Shown one piece after another: positions 44,656 through 56,228 of a stretch of DNA of 64,000 nt. The stretch is from NCBI GenBank assembly GCA_025558095.1, contig JAIVFI010000015.1:124001-188000 (forward strand), in the 5' to 3' direction. The notes beneath the pieces are model-generated. The model searched no databases and was not told the origin of the DNA. It saw nothing but the letters and a program-made list of their open reading frames with translations. The position numbers and the translations under genes were made by a program. Origin of the DNA: Hyaloraphidium curvatum SAG 235-1 (lineage: Eukaryota > Fungi > Monoblepharomycota). Numbering within the stretch: position 1 is the stretch's first letter; each line of letters starts with the position of its first letter.

Positions 44656-47600
44656 ATGGCCGACGTTCAGCTGCCACCGGCGTTTCTAGACTCCTACGTG
44701 CTCGGGGCGACGGATAAAGACCGCTCCGCCGCGCTTGCTGCGCACCTCGTGCCCAACTCGCCCGAGGCCCTCGCGGCCGCCGCCATTCACGCCCTCGGCG
44801 CATCGGACGTTGCTGCCGCCGAGGCGCACCTCAAAGCGCTCGACGCGCTGGCCACCGGGTTCAAGGAGCGCAATGGTTACGAGGACGCCCGCCTCCGCAA
44901 CATTGTCCTCTCCGTGAAACACCGTGTGCTCAACGCCAAGCCGAAATCCGAGGCCGCGATCAAAGAGTTGGCCGACTTCTACACCTCACAGCCGCTATCC
45001 CTGGCGCGGTTCGACCACCCGAAGCCCAGCAACCCCATGCCGACCCGCCAGACCAGCGCCGCCCCCGCGTACCCCTCGAAGCTGGACCAAACCCTGATCG
45101 ACTCTGCCTCGCTGATGCAAAAGTCGGCCACCGAATTCGACGGCCCCGAGGACCTCGAAGAGGGCACCGTGGGCGCGCTAGCCTCGTACGTCGCGCGGCT
45201 CGCGTCGGCCCCGAAAAACCCCGACACCGAGGGCAAGCTGCGCCGCCTGCTCGGGCGCACCTCGGACCCGCGGCTGTTCCAGGACCCCGCCACCGGCGCC
45301 TCGCAGCTCCCGTCCCTGCTCGCGAAGCTCTGGACCGACTACCCCGACTCGCAATTTGCCCACCTCGACCAGTTCGCCCAGTCGCTGTCGATCGCGGAGC
45401 TCGATACGCTCGCGGGCAAGGTGCCTGCTCTATGGTCCAACGCCCAGTTCGTGGGGATATACATCGGCAAGCTGCTCCCGGAAGAAGACACCGAGGAGAC
45501 CTTCGGCACCAAGCTCCCCGTGTGGACCGAGGGCATCGCGGGGGTGTGCAAGAAGATCGCGGCGGGCCCGCTGCTGGGGCTCAAGTTGCGGATCGACCTG
45601 GAGTACCTCGACCGCGTGCGGAAGGAGGCCGGCAGTAAGGAGGACTTTGCGCGGTTCCTAGAGTACCTCAAGCTGCCCAAGAGGTCGCCGGTGGTCAACC
45701 ATGTCATGTACGAAAAGTACTCGCGCTCGGCGGACTACAAGAAGCGGGGAGATGTGGAGGCCAGGGACAACTGGGGCGCTTTGGTGTGCATTCACGCGAG
45801 TTCATCGACGCCAGACAGATGCTGATCTCCCTCTTTGGTCCCAGAACTCGGACTTCTTCCCGCCCATCTACGACACCGAGGAGGAGGCGCTGATCAAGGA
45901 TTACGTCGAGGCCTACTTCATCCAGCAGATCAAGGAGGGCAAGGACATTTCCAAGGACGGCTGGAAGGTCTTTGCCGACTACATCGAGGACGGCTGGTGA
46001 GATCAGACGCTTCCCTATACTACTTTCCTCTGACAGTCCTCTTCTAGGCTCCGCAGGGTCCACGCCGAAACAGTGCTCCACCGCACCCCGTCCCCCGATG
46101 TCACCAAGCTGGCGCAGTACCTCCCCGCGCCCGTGGCCGATCTTACCGCTCGGGTCGACCTCGAGTTCCACCGGTTCAAGAACCCACAACGCAAGGAGCT
46201 CAAATCGCTCGCCTTTGTCGTCAAGAACGCGCCGACCGTTCAGGTCAACGTCTTCGGTATCAACGGCTTGCAGTTCTACCGGTCCCGCCTCGAGGCGAAC
46301 GAGCCGATCGACGACGCGGCGCTGCTGTCCCTCGACCTGGGCGGTCTGGTCCCCAACGCGAGCCGGCAGCTTGACTTTTCGGGCACCCCGGGCCTGCTGA
46401 TCCACGACGAGACCCTCGAGCTCTCGGACGACCTTTTGTTCCCCTCCTCGGCCGGCAGCCGCAAGGGCGGGCTGTGGATCGTTGAGCTCATTGGCCGCGG
46501 CAAGCGGATCCGTTGCCTCGTTCGTAGGGGCGGCACCCTCGGCTACATCCCGCGTCTTGGCCCCGCGGGGGTGCGGCTCGCCGTAGTCGACGGTGAGGGT
46601 CGTCGGGTCACGGAGTCGGGCACCCGGGTGTGGCTCGCGGGGAGGATGTACGAGCCCGACGAGGCGGGCGACTTCCTGCTGCCCTTCTCGCGTGACCCGG
46701 AGCACAAGACGCTGCTCCTCGTCTCGCAGTCTCGCGGGCTCGTGGTCCCCAGAGGCTTCTACCATCCTGCGGAGTCATACTCGCTTTCGGCGGCGTTCGT
46801 GCTCAACCGCGAGGCCGTGGCCAAGGGGAACAAGGTGTCGGTGCTGGTGCGGCCGTCGATCATGCTTAACGGCGAGCGTGAAATGGGGCTCGGTGTGGTG
46901 GACGAGAGCTCCCTGGGCGTGCGGACCGTGGACGGGCAAGGTGTCGAGACCGTCAGGACCGTGGAGGGGTTCCTGAGGTGGTCAGAGGGTGAGAGCTCCG
47001 AGAAGACTTACGACTTTGTGGTCGGGGAGAACCGTGGGTTGTCCGCCGTCGTTCGCTAGCTTTTGGATTTCCTCATCAGTATCTCGCAGTGCGCACACTC
47101 CAGCTCACCCTGACGGCCAAGGTCCGCGTCATCTCACAGAACCGACAAGAGACCCTCACCAGCTTCCGGAGCTTCTCGTTCAACGCGATCGACGCTTCTG
47201 CCGAGCTGTTCACGACCTTTGTCCGTCGCCTGCCCGCCGGGAACGTTGCGGTTTTCTGCCTGGGCAAGACCGGCGAGCCCCGCGAAGGCGAGACGGTCAC
47301 GGTGCGCCTCAAGAACAAATTCGTGAAGCGGCCTGTCGACGTCACCCTCGCCACGGACGCCAGCGGGATGGTGGACCTCGGCAAGTGCGCCGACATTGAC
47401 GTCGTGGAAGTCCTCGGCGGCTTCGGATCGAGGACTTGGAACCTCGTCCCCGCTCTCGCGGAGGATTCCGGGGACCTGACCGTGGCCGCCGGCAAGAGCG
47501 TCGCTCTCGCGCTGCCCCGCACCTGCAAGGCCTCCGAGCTCAGGTTGACCAAGGTCGTGCACCCCGGCGGGCCGGTCGTCGCCGTGCTGCAGTCGGCTAA

Positions 47601-50600
47601 GCTGTCGGCGGACGGCAGCAGCGTTGTCCTGGAGAAGCTCGAGGCCGGATGCTACCGTTTCGAGGGACCCGGCGTCTCGTTGAACATCCGTGCCGTCAAG
47701 CCCGCGGACCACAGCGACCTCGGCGACTGGTCCGAGGGCGCCATCGTCGGCAAGCGGGAAGCCTACGCGAGGGACGCGGACGCTGAAGCGGATCAGAGCC
47801 TGCAGATCAAGGACATTCAGGTCAAGTCCGACGGGCTCGAGGTTTCGCTCGCCAACGCCACCGAGAGCACCCGGGTGCACGTCGTGGCCACCAGCTTTGC
47901 GCCCTTCCAGATCTCGGCCTCGGACTTTGCGGTTCCCCGGCAATCGAAGCCGTCGGGCACCAGCATCGCCTTCGAGGGCAACTCCTACACCGCGAGCGAG
48001 GACCTCTCGGACGAGCTCGGATACGTAATGGGCCGCAAGACCAAGCCCAAGGAGCTAGGCGTCTTGCTCCGGAAGCCGGGGGTTTTGCTTTCGACCTGGA
48101 AGCTCCGATCCACCACGCTGCAGACCACCGCACTTGACGCGCCCGCACCCAAGCCGCAGTCGGCAAGGATGGCCACGGGAGGAGGCTTGGCGAAGAAAGT
48201 GATGGCCATGGACGCCGCTCCCATGGCGGAGATGGCGTACGCCTCGAACGCGATGCCGATGGATGCCAACGCCGTGTACGCCCGGGGAGCAGGCTTCGGC
48301 GGTGCGCCGGTCATGATGGCCATGGACCGCCGCATGCCAATGTCAAACACCATTTCGGTGCCGTCAACCGAAGACGTCGCGAACTACGGTGGGCTCTCCG
48401 CATGCTTGCTGCTTTTGGAGCTCATTTCCAAACTGTCCGCAGACTTCCTCTCTGAGCCGGGAACCCTCACCGTCGGCGCAAAACCCGGACCGGATGGCGT
48501 GGTCAAGATCTCGCTGCCTCGTCACAATGCGGCCAGGACGCTTCAGATCGTCGTGACTGATGTCGACACCACGATCGGGCGGGTTGTACAGGCTCCCGGC
48601 GAATCCGGAATCGCATCGCGGGACATTGCCCTCGCTCCGGCATGGAAGGCTGACGAGCACTTCACGGAGCACAACCAGGTCTCTCTGCTGGAGGGTGGGC
48701 AGACTTTGGTCGTTGGGGCGACGTCGTCGGCCTCGATGATCTCGACCGTTGGGAAGCTATTTGAGCTGGCCGAGACTCTGTGCGAGAACGGCGCCGAGAA
48801 GGAGCACTACGCGACTTTTCGGTTCGTGACCCGTTGGGGCTCTATGCGCCAGGAAGAGAAGCTCGCGGCATACGGCGAGTACAGCTGCCACGAGCTCGAC
48901 GTGTTCCTGAAGGCAAAGGATCCTGAGTTCTTCAAGACCGTGGTCGTGCCGTTCCTTTCCTGCAAGGCGGCCAAGGAGCCCATCGATTTCTACTGCCTCG
49001 GTGACAAGGAGCGCTGCAGAGAGTACCTCGCGAACCCGGATCGCTACGTGAAGCTCAATGTGGCCGAAAAGGTGCTGCTCGCGTCGGTGGTCGGCGGGGA
49101 CCTGGAAAGCATCGTTTCGCGCTGGGTCTCGGACGAGGTGCGCAAGAAGGACACCAGGCCGGGCGCAGCTGCCGAGAAAGCCCGCTTCAGGGAAAAGCTC
49201 TTCCGGATCGTGATGGCCAGCGCAGGAGGCCCGGAGGACGAAGGCTCTGCGGACGTTGACAAGAAGGCTGATGCGTTCATGGAGGAGGCTGCAGCGCCGC
49301 CGCCGCCGCCCGCTCAGATGACTTTCGGGGCCGCTCCTCCTATGTCAAGGGCCATGGCGATGCCGGCGCCGGCCCCCATGGCCGCTATGGCTCCCGGTGC
49401 TGGCCCGCAGATGCTGCGCCAGCGCGAAGCAGGACGGGGTGGCTTGGCGAAGCGTTCGCAAGTCCGGCGCGAAATGGCCAGCGGTGGCGGGCTCTACGAG
49501 CCCCTGGAAGCAACGTCGGAATGGGGAGAGAGGCAGTACTGGAAGCGTTCAAGGCAGGAAACGCCGTACTTGGTCGAAAGCAGCACGTTCTGGAAAGACT
49601 GGATCCGATCCACGAACCGTGCAGCTTTCCTCTCGGAGGTAGGCATGAAATCTGGTCATGTCTTTTGGGGTCAAGCTCACAACCTCCTATAGAACTTCGG
49701 CGAAGCTTTGCGGAATCGCTTTACGGAAACCATGTTTGCGATTGCGCTCCTTCAGATCGGATTCGCGGACGCCAGCGGCCGCGACTACGAGATGGCCGGC
49801 TCGCCCGGCGATCCGTCGACCCTGACCATCTCGGCTCGGAAGCCCATGATCGTGTTCCACAAGGGATACAAGGAGTCGACACAGAAGCTTCTGCCGTCGA
49901 TCCTGGTCAGCCAGAAGTACTTCGATCCCATGCAGAGGCAGTTCTTTGACGAGGAGGTCGGGGAGAACGTGGACCGCTACATCGAGCCGGAGAGTGGAGA
50001 CAAGTTCATGCCTTTCCGGATCTATGGCTGTCAGGTCACCCTCACGAGTGAGCTGCTTTATCGAACGAGATGAGCACACGAATTGACCTTGCTTGCTCTA
50101 GACACCTCTGCCCTCCAGCACCTCGTCACCGTGCTCTTTCAGATTCCGGAGGGCGCCATTCCGCTCAGCAATTCGGTGCAGACAAAGTCGCAGACCATGT
50201 CGCTCCAGCCCTTCCAGACCACCCTGGTAGACTTCTCGTTCTACTTCCCCAAGCCGGGCAAGTACGGCCACTACCCGGTGCACGTTTCCGACAGGCGGCA
50301 GACGGTAGTGGCCTTCGGCAACCCAGTGACTCTCACGGTGGAACGTCTGCAGCAGAACGAGGTCGGCGAGGACGTCAAGCGGCAGTTCTGGTGGGTCGCC
50401 TCGGAGGGCACCCTCGAGGAGCTCCTCGCCTGGCTCGCGGACGAGCGCAACACCTTCGACAACGGGACGCTCGGCCCCTTGCTCTGGCGGCTCAAGGACG
50501 CCGCTGCTTTCCGGGACATCGTCTCCGCCGTCCGCAAGCGCGGCGTTTTCGACTCCCAGCTCTGGTCGTATTCGCTGCTGCACAAGTCGGAGCCCGAGAT

Positions 50601-51894
50601 GCGCGAGTGGATGGCCGCCACGCCTTGGATCACGCAGAACAGCCTGCCATTCATGCGCGGCTCGGTGTTTGGCGTTGACCAGTTCGAGCTCGGCAACACC
50701 GAGATCGTCGAGTACTGGCCCCTGGTGAACGCCCGTGCCTACCAGATCGCCAACAGGCCCCGGATGAACAACCGGGAGGCGATTGCGACCTACGAGTCGG
50801 TGCTGCGCTACCTGTTCTACAAGCCGCCCGGGCTCCAGACGGGTCTGGACCGCCTGCATCTCGTGTGTCTGCTCCTTCTGCAAGACCGGAGCAAGGAAGC
50901 CCGGGACGTCTTCGCCCGCCTCGTCGCCGACGTCGACTCGGGCATGGTGACCATGGAGCAGAGGATGCAGTTCGACTACGCCAAGGCCTGGCTCTCCTTC
51001 CTCGACGACTCCCCCGACAACGGCCTCCAGCATGCCCGCGAAGCCGTGGCCAAGTACAAGGACTACCCCGTCCCGCACTGGAACCGGCTCTTCCAGGAGA
51101 TCGGCAAGGCGGTCCGGGACCTGGACGCGCTCAGGCACGGGGTGGACAAGCTCCCGTCCTCCGAGGCCGGCGAGGAGCTGGCCGAGGTCGCGGACGAATC
51201 TTCTGCGGCGGCGCAGGGCGCAAGGGAGGCGCGGATGGTTGCGCGCGCGCGCAAAGAGCCCCGCTTGGAGGTCAAGTACGACCCCGAGGGCGGCAAGCTG
51301 CGGCTGTCGCACGCCAACCTGGACTCGTGCACCGTCGGCTTCCACCCGCTGGACCTCGAGATCGAGTTCTCCTCGCGGCCGTTCGCGCTCACCCAGGGCG
51401 AGGCCCGCGCCGCGGCCGAGCAGGAGGCCGCGGGCTCCGCCAACCCCGCGCTCTTTGTCTGGCCGACGGAGACGCAGGCGGTCGAGCTGGCGGCCGGAGA
51501 CGAGGAGAGCACTGTGCCGCTCCCCGCTGCGTACCGGAACCGCAGCGTGGTCATCGACGTGACCGCCGCCGGCGGCGAGATCGTCCGCAGCCGCGTGGCC
51601 GGCGGAAGCGCCATCGTCGTGCAGGTGCTGGACAAGAGCGGGATGGTCCAGGTCGCCGCGCCGTCGCCCTCGGGGCTCAAGCCGCTCGCGTCGGCCTACG
51701 TCAAGGTCTACGCCAGGCTGACGGACAAGAGCGTCGCGTTCTACAAGGACGGGCACACGGACTTGCTGGGCAGATTCGACTATGCGAGCCTGAGCAACAC
51801 ATCGCTGCTCAAGCGGTGCGAGAGGTTCGCCATCTTTGTCAGCCACGACGAGCTGGGCAGCACGGTCAGGGAGGGCGGCGTGCCCAAGTCGTGA
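44656..51894 (+). CDS. Giant (~2,250 aa) protein with beta-sandwich and helical regions; about 6 introns; resembles the AbpF-like / planctomycete large-protein family
   Basis: Consecutive ORFs are joined by short GT-AG introns. Motifs YSCHELDVFL..KDPEFF, FYFPKPGKYGHYPVHV, EYWPLVNARA, QFDYAKAW, AYVKVYAR...FYKDGHTDLLGRFDYAS. The family name is from recall. Confidence 0.7.
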
Positions 51895-51982
51895 TGCATG
51901 TAGCGCCAATGTATACATGTGCGATATCCAAAATCGATGATTCGTGGATGTCTAGCTCTATGCCCTGCTTGTCCTTCCGAAA

Positions 51983-53622
51983 TCACGATCTGGGAGTGCG
52001 TCCGCCGACGATCCTGGCCACCGCCATCATGTCCACCAGCGACCTCGCTGCCGCGGTGTGCCTGTTGAGCAGCCCGTCGTGGAAGGTCTCGGTGGCGTCC
52101 CTCCCGATCCACGCGCGGAGCGCGCGCTCGCCGCCCGGGTGGCGGGCGAGGAAGCGGGCAACGTCGGCGACGGTGCCGTCGACGACGATCCACTGCTTCG
52201 AGGGGTCCTTGGCGACGGCGTCTTCGAATTCCCTGCAGGTGATGGTCAGCGGCGATCTTTCCAAGGGGAAGCGCTGCCAGCGACATACCTCATCGTCATT
52301 GCGGGCAGGTTTTTCGGATCCGGTCCCCAGCTGATTGCCCTGCGCACCTCGGCCGCCTCGTCCTCGGCCGTGAGCACGCGCGCCTTGACGACCTCGTTGT
52401 ACGGGGTGCGCTCGAGGTCCCAAGCGAGGCCGGCGGCGCGGCAGAGGAGGATGAGCCACTTTGTCGGATCCCAGTGGAACCAGTCCACGCCGTTCCTGCC
52501 GTGCGGGGCCATGTCAGCAGCGGCGGGCATCACCGGCGGGTGAACGCACCTGTAGTCGTGCGGAAAACTGTGGTGGAAGTTGTGCCACCCCTCCCCGTTG
52601 GTCAGCACACTCAGGCCGAGGTTCCCCCTGGCCGTCACGCCAAGCGAGTACCTCCGCTCCCCCACCATGTGCGCCCACGAGTTGATGCAGAACACGGCGT
52701 GCCACAGGACGACGCGGAGCACCACACCGCCCCACAGCAGGCCCGACAGGAAGTCGCCGTACCATGCCCGCGCGGCCAGGGCGGGGCCGAGGAAGCACAG
52801 GGCCAGGGCGATGAGGGCGAAGAAGCGGTGCTGAAGGCGGACGACGGGGTCCGAGTCGAGGTCGCGGGCGTCGATGTACTTCATGCGCTGGTACTTCGGG
52901 TGCTCGAAGATCCAGCCTGGGTGGTCCATGCACGAGTCAACGAGAGCCGTCGGACAGCCATCAGGAGACGCACCGATGTGGCTGAACCAGAACCCCTTCC
53001 TCGCATCGTACGGGTCGTGCTCCGTGTCCGTGTAGTTGTGGTGCATGCGGTGCCGCAGCACCCACCACTTTATGGAGCCCTGGAAGCCGAGCGTGCCTGC
53101 TAGCGCGAGCGCGGCGCGCAGCGGGAGGGCGGCCTTGAACGCGCGGTGCGACCACAGCCGGTGGTAGCCCATGGTGATGCTGCAAAGGCGGTGAGGTGGC
53201 TTTGCGAAAGGAGGCCGGTGCGGAGCCCACCCGAACATGCCGATCTGGTATTCCAGGAACATGAGCGCCGCGGCCTCCCACCGCAGCGGGTAGGCCATCA
53301 CGATCACCAGCGCCAGCACGTGCATGCCGGCGACGAAGGCGATGTTGGCCAGCCAGGGCTCGGGCTTGGACGACGGGCTGGTCGGGGTCTTGGGCTCCGG
53401 CTCGGCCGGCGCCGCGCGCTTGTTGGGCTGCGGGCCCGGAGCGGGGAGCGGCGGGAGCTTGCCATCGTCGCCGCGGGTCTTGAGCGGGTGCAGCGGCAGC
53501 GGGGCCGGCGACGGCGCGCGCGAGCCCCGCGGGGACGGGCCGACCGAGAGCGGCTCGGGCGCGTCGCGCGCGTCGGTCGTGTGCGACGCAGGCTTGATCC
53601 CCGCGGACCGGGCGACGGGCAT
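51983..53622 (-). CDS. OLE1: Delta-9 fatty acid desaturase with C-terminal cytochrome b5, multi-exon
   Basis: His boxes HRLWSH, HRMHH, HNFHH; GEGWHN; WDPTKW; b5 HPGG, GRDATETF, NRHT. Confidence 0.93.
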
Positions 53623-53974
53623 CGCGGAGCGGTGGACGGAGGCCGAGGCGGAGTTGCGGCGCGCCCGGGCCCCCGGCAGGTGCTTGAGATTCGCAGTGGC
53701 CTGAGCGGGCCTCGGGCCAGCCGCGTATAGACCAATAAACAACGATCGACGACCGATCGTCTCCCTGCCGGACCAAGGCGCTCGTCGGCGGTCTCTATCT
53801 TTTCGTGGCTCGCAAGCCAGTGCCCCCTATTAGGGCGCCGAGAGGCCCGCCGCTCGTAGGACTGCGGAACTGAACCAGAAGCAAGGCGGCTCGTGGAGCC
53901 CCCTCCCAACCAAGCCGGCCCGAATCGCTGCCGGTTGCCGGTCACGTTTTTCCGAGAAGCTTTGCGACCCGGAT

Positions 53975-55546
53975 ATGGGGGACGTTCTGCAGCTCGACCC
54001 GCTGGAATGGGCCGTCCTCGCCCCCACCCGCGCCGCGCATTCCGCCGAGGGCCCCCTCGCGCGCCTGCTCCCCCCCGACGGCGCCGACGACTCCCCGCCC
54101 CTCCCCCTTTCGGATGCCGACGCGTGCGCCGAGCTCGCGGCCGCCGGCGAGCCCCTCTTCGCGCGCTGCATCAAGGCGTCGGCGATGCTGCACCGGCGTT
54201 TCGCACTGCAGGCCCGCGTGCTCACGTGGGGGCCGGCGCTGGCCGCCGTGCCGGTGCTTGTCGCGCTCGCCGTATTTGCTGCCAGGGAATCTGTACCGGG
54301 CGCCCCGACATTCGGTCCCGCGCAGGTCGGAGCGGGGCTGGCCGCGGTGGCGCTCTTTTTCCTCTCCAACATCGTCGGGTTCACCCTTGCGCTGCGCCAG
54401 CGCCTCTTCAGGGAATGGGGCATCACTTTCCGCGTCCTCACGCCGTTTGCCCCCGCCGTGAGGTGGCTCAAGCTCGCGCGGGCGTCGTCAAGCCTGGGGC
54501 AAACCGGGGAACCGACCGGCGACGCCGCGCTCGAGGCCCGTGAAGACAGCAAAACGGCCGTTGCGGGCCCCGTGCTGCTCCAGCACGATTCCGATGACCC
54601 CATGTGCTCGTGCCCCAGACCCTCGTGCGCTCGCGGCGTGATTTCCGCGGACTTCCGGTGGCGCGTGGCCGACCTCGTCGGCTTCGTCGCCTCGCGCTGG
54701 GCCATCCACATACTCCTCCTCTGGACCCCGCTGGTCACCCTTGCCCCTGTCTTTTGGGGCACCGCCTGGAGCGCGGCCTTTGGAGGCGTCGCGTGCGCGT
54801 TTGCGCTGCTGTCGGACCCCGTCCTAGGTCTCGGAAGGAGCTTCGGGCCCATCATCACTGCCAGCTCGGCGAGCTTCGCAAGCAGGATGCAGCAGCGCGC
54901 CGTGTCGAGGGCGCTAGCTTCGCTTCTCGACCGATACCGCGCCGCTCTGGCCTCTGGCGGCGGGCAGGAACCGCCTTCGGATCCCGAGGGCGGCGACGTC
55001 GGCCGGGAACTCTACGTCCGCCTGCACCTCCGCCTCTCGGTCGGCTGGTCCGGGCGGTTCACCCACCTCGGCACCTTCTCCCGGCTCCTGGCCGCGCGCA
55101 TCGCCGCCCTCGTCCTGGGGCTGATCCTCAACATCGCGGCGGGCTCGTGCGTCGCGGCGTGGCAGCTCGCCTTCCTCCTCTTCGTGCTGCTGTTCTTCTT
55201 CGCCGAGATGGCCTACGTCGCCGAGGCAAACAGGCAGCTGGACGGGGTGGTCGCGCTGTACCGCGCCGCGCAGCTGTCGATCCGGGACCTGGCGGCGCTG
55301 GCCGGGCGCCGCCCTGCCGCCCAACCAACGAAAGACATGCTGGAGCAGCTGTCGCGGCACGACGCTCTGCTTTCCTCCTTCGTCGAGGTGCGCAGCCTCA
55401 GGGCGCGCGTGGCGGGGTTCCCGGTGTCGTACCCTCTATTGCGCACCTTGGCGGCGACGCTGTTCACGGTTGGGGTGGGGATATGGAGCGTGCTGCGGGG
55501 CGCGGGGGTGGCGCTGACGGTGCAGACGGTGTGTCCCGCGTATTAG
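53975..55546 (+). CDS. 7-TM gustatory-receptor-like family, copy 4 (intronless)
   Basis: PTFGPAQV, VRWLK, HDSDDPMCSCPRPSC, LLWTPLVT, NIAAGSCV, AEANRQL, ARVAGFPVSYPLLRTLAATLFTV...QTVCPAY. Confidence 0.75.
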   Translation: MGDVLQLDPLEWAVLAPTRAAHSAEGPLARLLPPDGADDSPPLPLSDADACAELAAAGEPLFARCIKASAMLHRRFALQARVLTWGPALAAVPVLVALAVFAARESVPGAPTFGPAQVGAGLAAVALFFLSNIVGFTLALRQRLFREWGITFRVLTPFAPAVRWLKLARASSSLGQTGEPTGDAALEAREDSKTAVAGPVLLQHDSDDPMCSCPRPSCARGVISADFRWRVADLVGFVASRWAIHILLLWTPLVTLAPVFWGTAWSAAFGGVACAFALLSDPVLGLGRSFGPIITASSASFASRMQQRAVSRALASLLDRYRAALASGGGQEPPSDPEGGDVGRELYVRLHLRLSVGWSGRFTHLGTFSRLLAARIAALVLGLILNIAAGSCVAAWQLAFLLFVLLFFFAEMAYVAEANRQLDGVVALYRAAQLSIRDLAALAGRRPAAQPTKDMLEQLSRHDALLSSFVEVRSLRARVAGFPVSYPLLRTLAATLFTVGVGIWSVLRGAGVALTVQTVCPAY

Positions 55547-56228
55547 GGGATTCCGCTGGGGGACGGGGGGGCGGCGGTGGTTTCCGCAGCGGCGGTTGGC
55601 GGTGCACGGCCCGCGGAGCGGGGACGGTGGAGGACGGGGTAGGCGAGTGCGGGACGGACGGCGAGGCGGGCGGGACGGCCAGCGGGGGTTCAGCAAGATT
55701 GAGTTAGCGGCCTTTCCTGTTTTTTTTTCCGGCAGGTGGGCGTGCTGCGGAGGTCCCTTCTGGTGCGTCGAAGGGTCCGGTCTCCACAGGCCGCGGGCGA
55801 TTCGCCATTCGTTCCGGCTCCTTCGCCCTCGGCCGGCCGGCTCATGCCAGTTATTCCAACCGGGTCTCGATTAGTCTTTCGGAGCTACGGAGCTGAGAAA
55901 GCTTTGGGACGGGCCCTCTTTTTTGACTCGGCCATTCGCCGGCCTGGGACTGGGGCGCAACAGGGCCGGAGCGGCGACTCGGCGCCGACTCTGCATGCAT
56001 GGCGGCGCCGGCCGTGCCCACGGATGGGTCCGGCAGAATGTCAAGTCCATGTTGTGCGGATTTCCGACGGTCCCCGTCGCGGTGCCGTGCGTGTGACGCA
56101 ACCGTCCGTTCAGGGCGCGGTGCGGAGAGCGGCGAACGCCCGGCCTTTCCCGCCGCCAGTCCGCGCCCGTAGGGATCGTCCGTCCGGCGCTCCAGCTCCG
56201 CCGACGGGTGCCTCCCCTGGCCGGCCGC

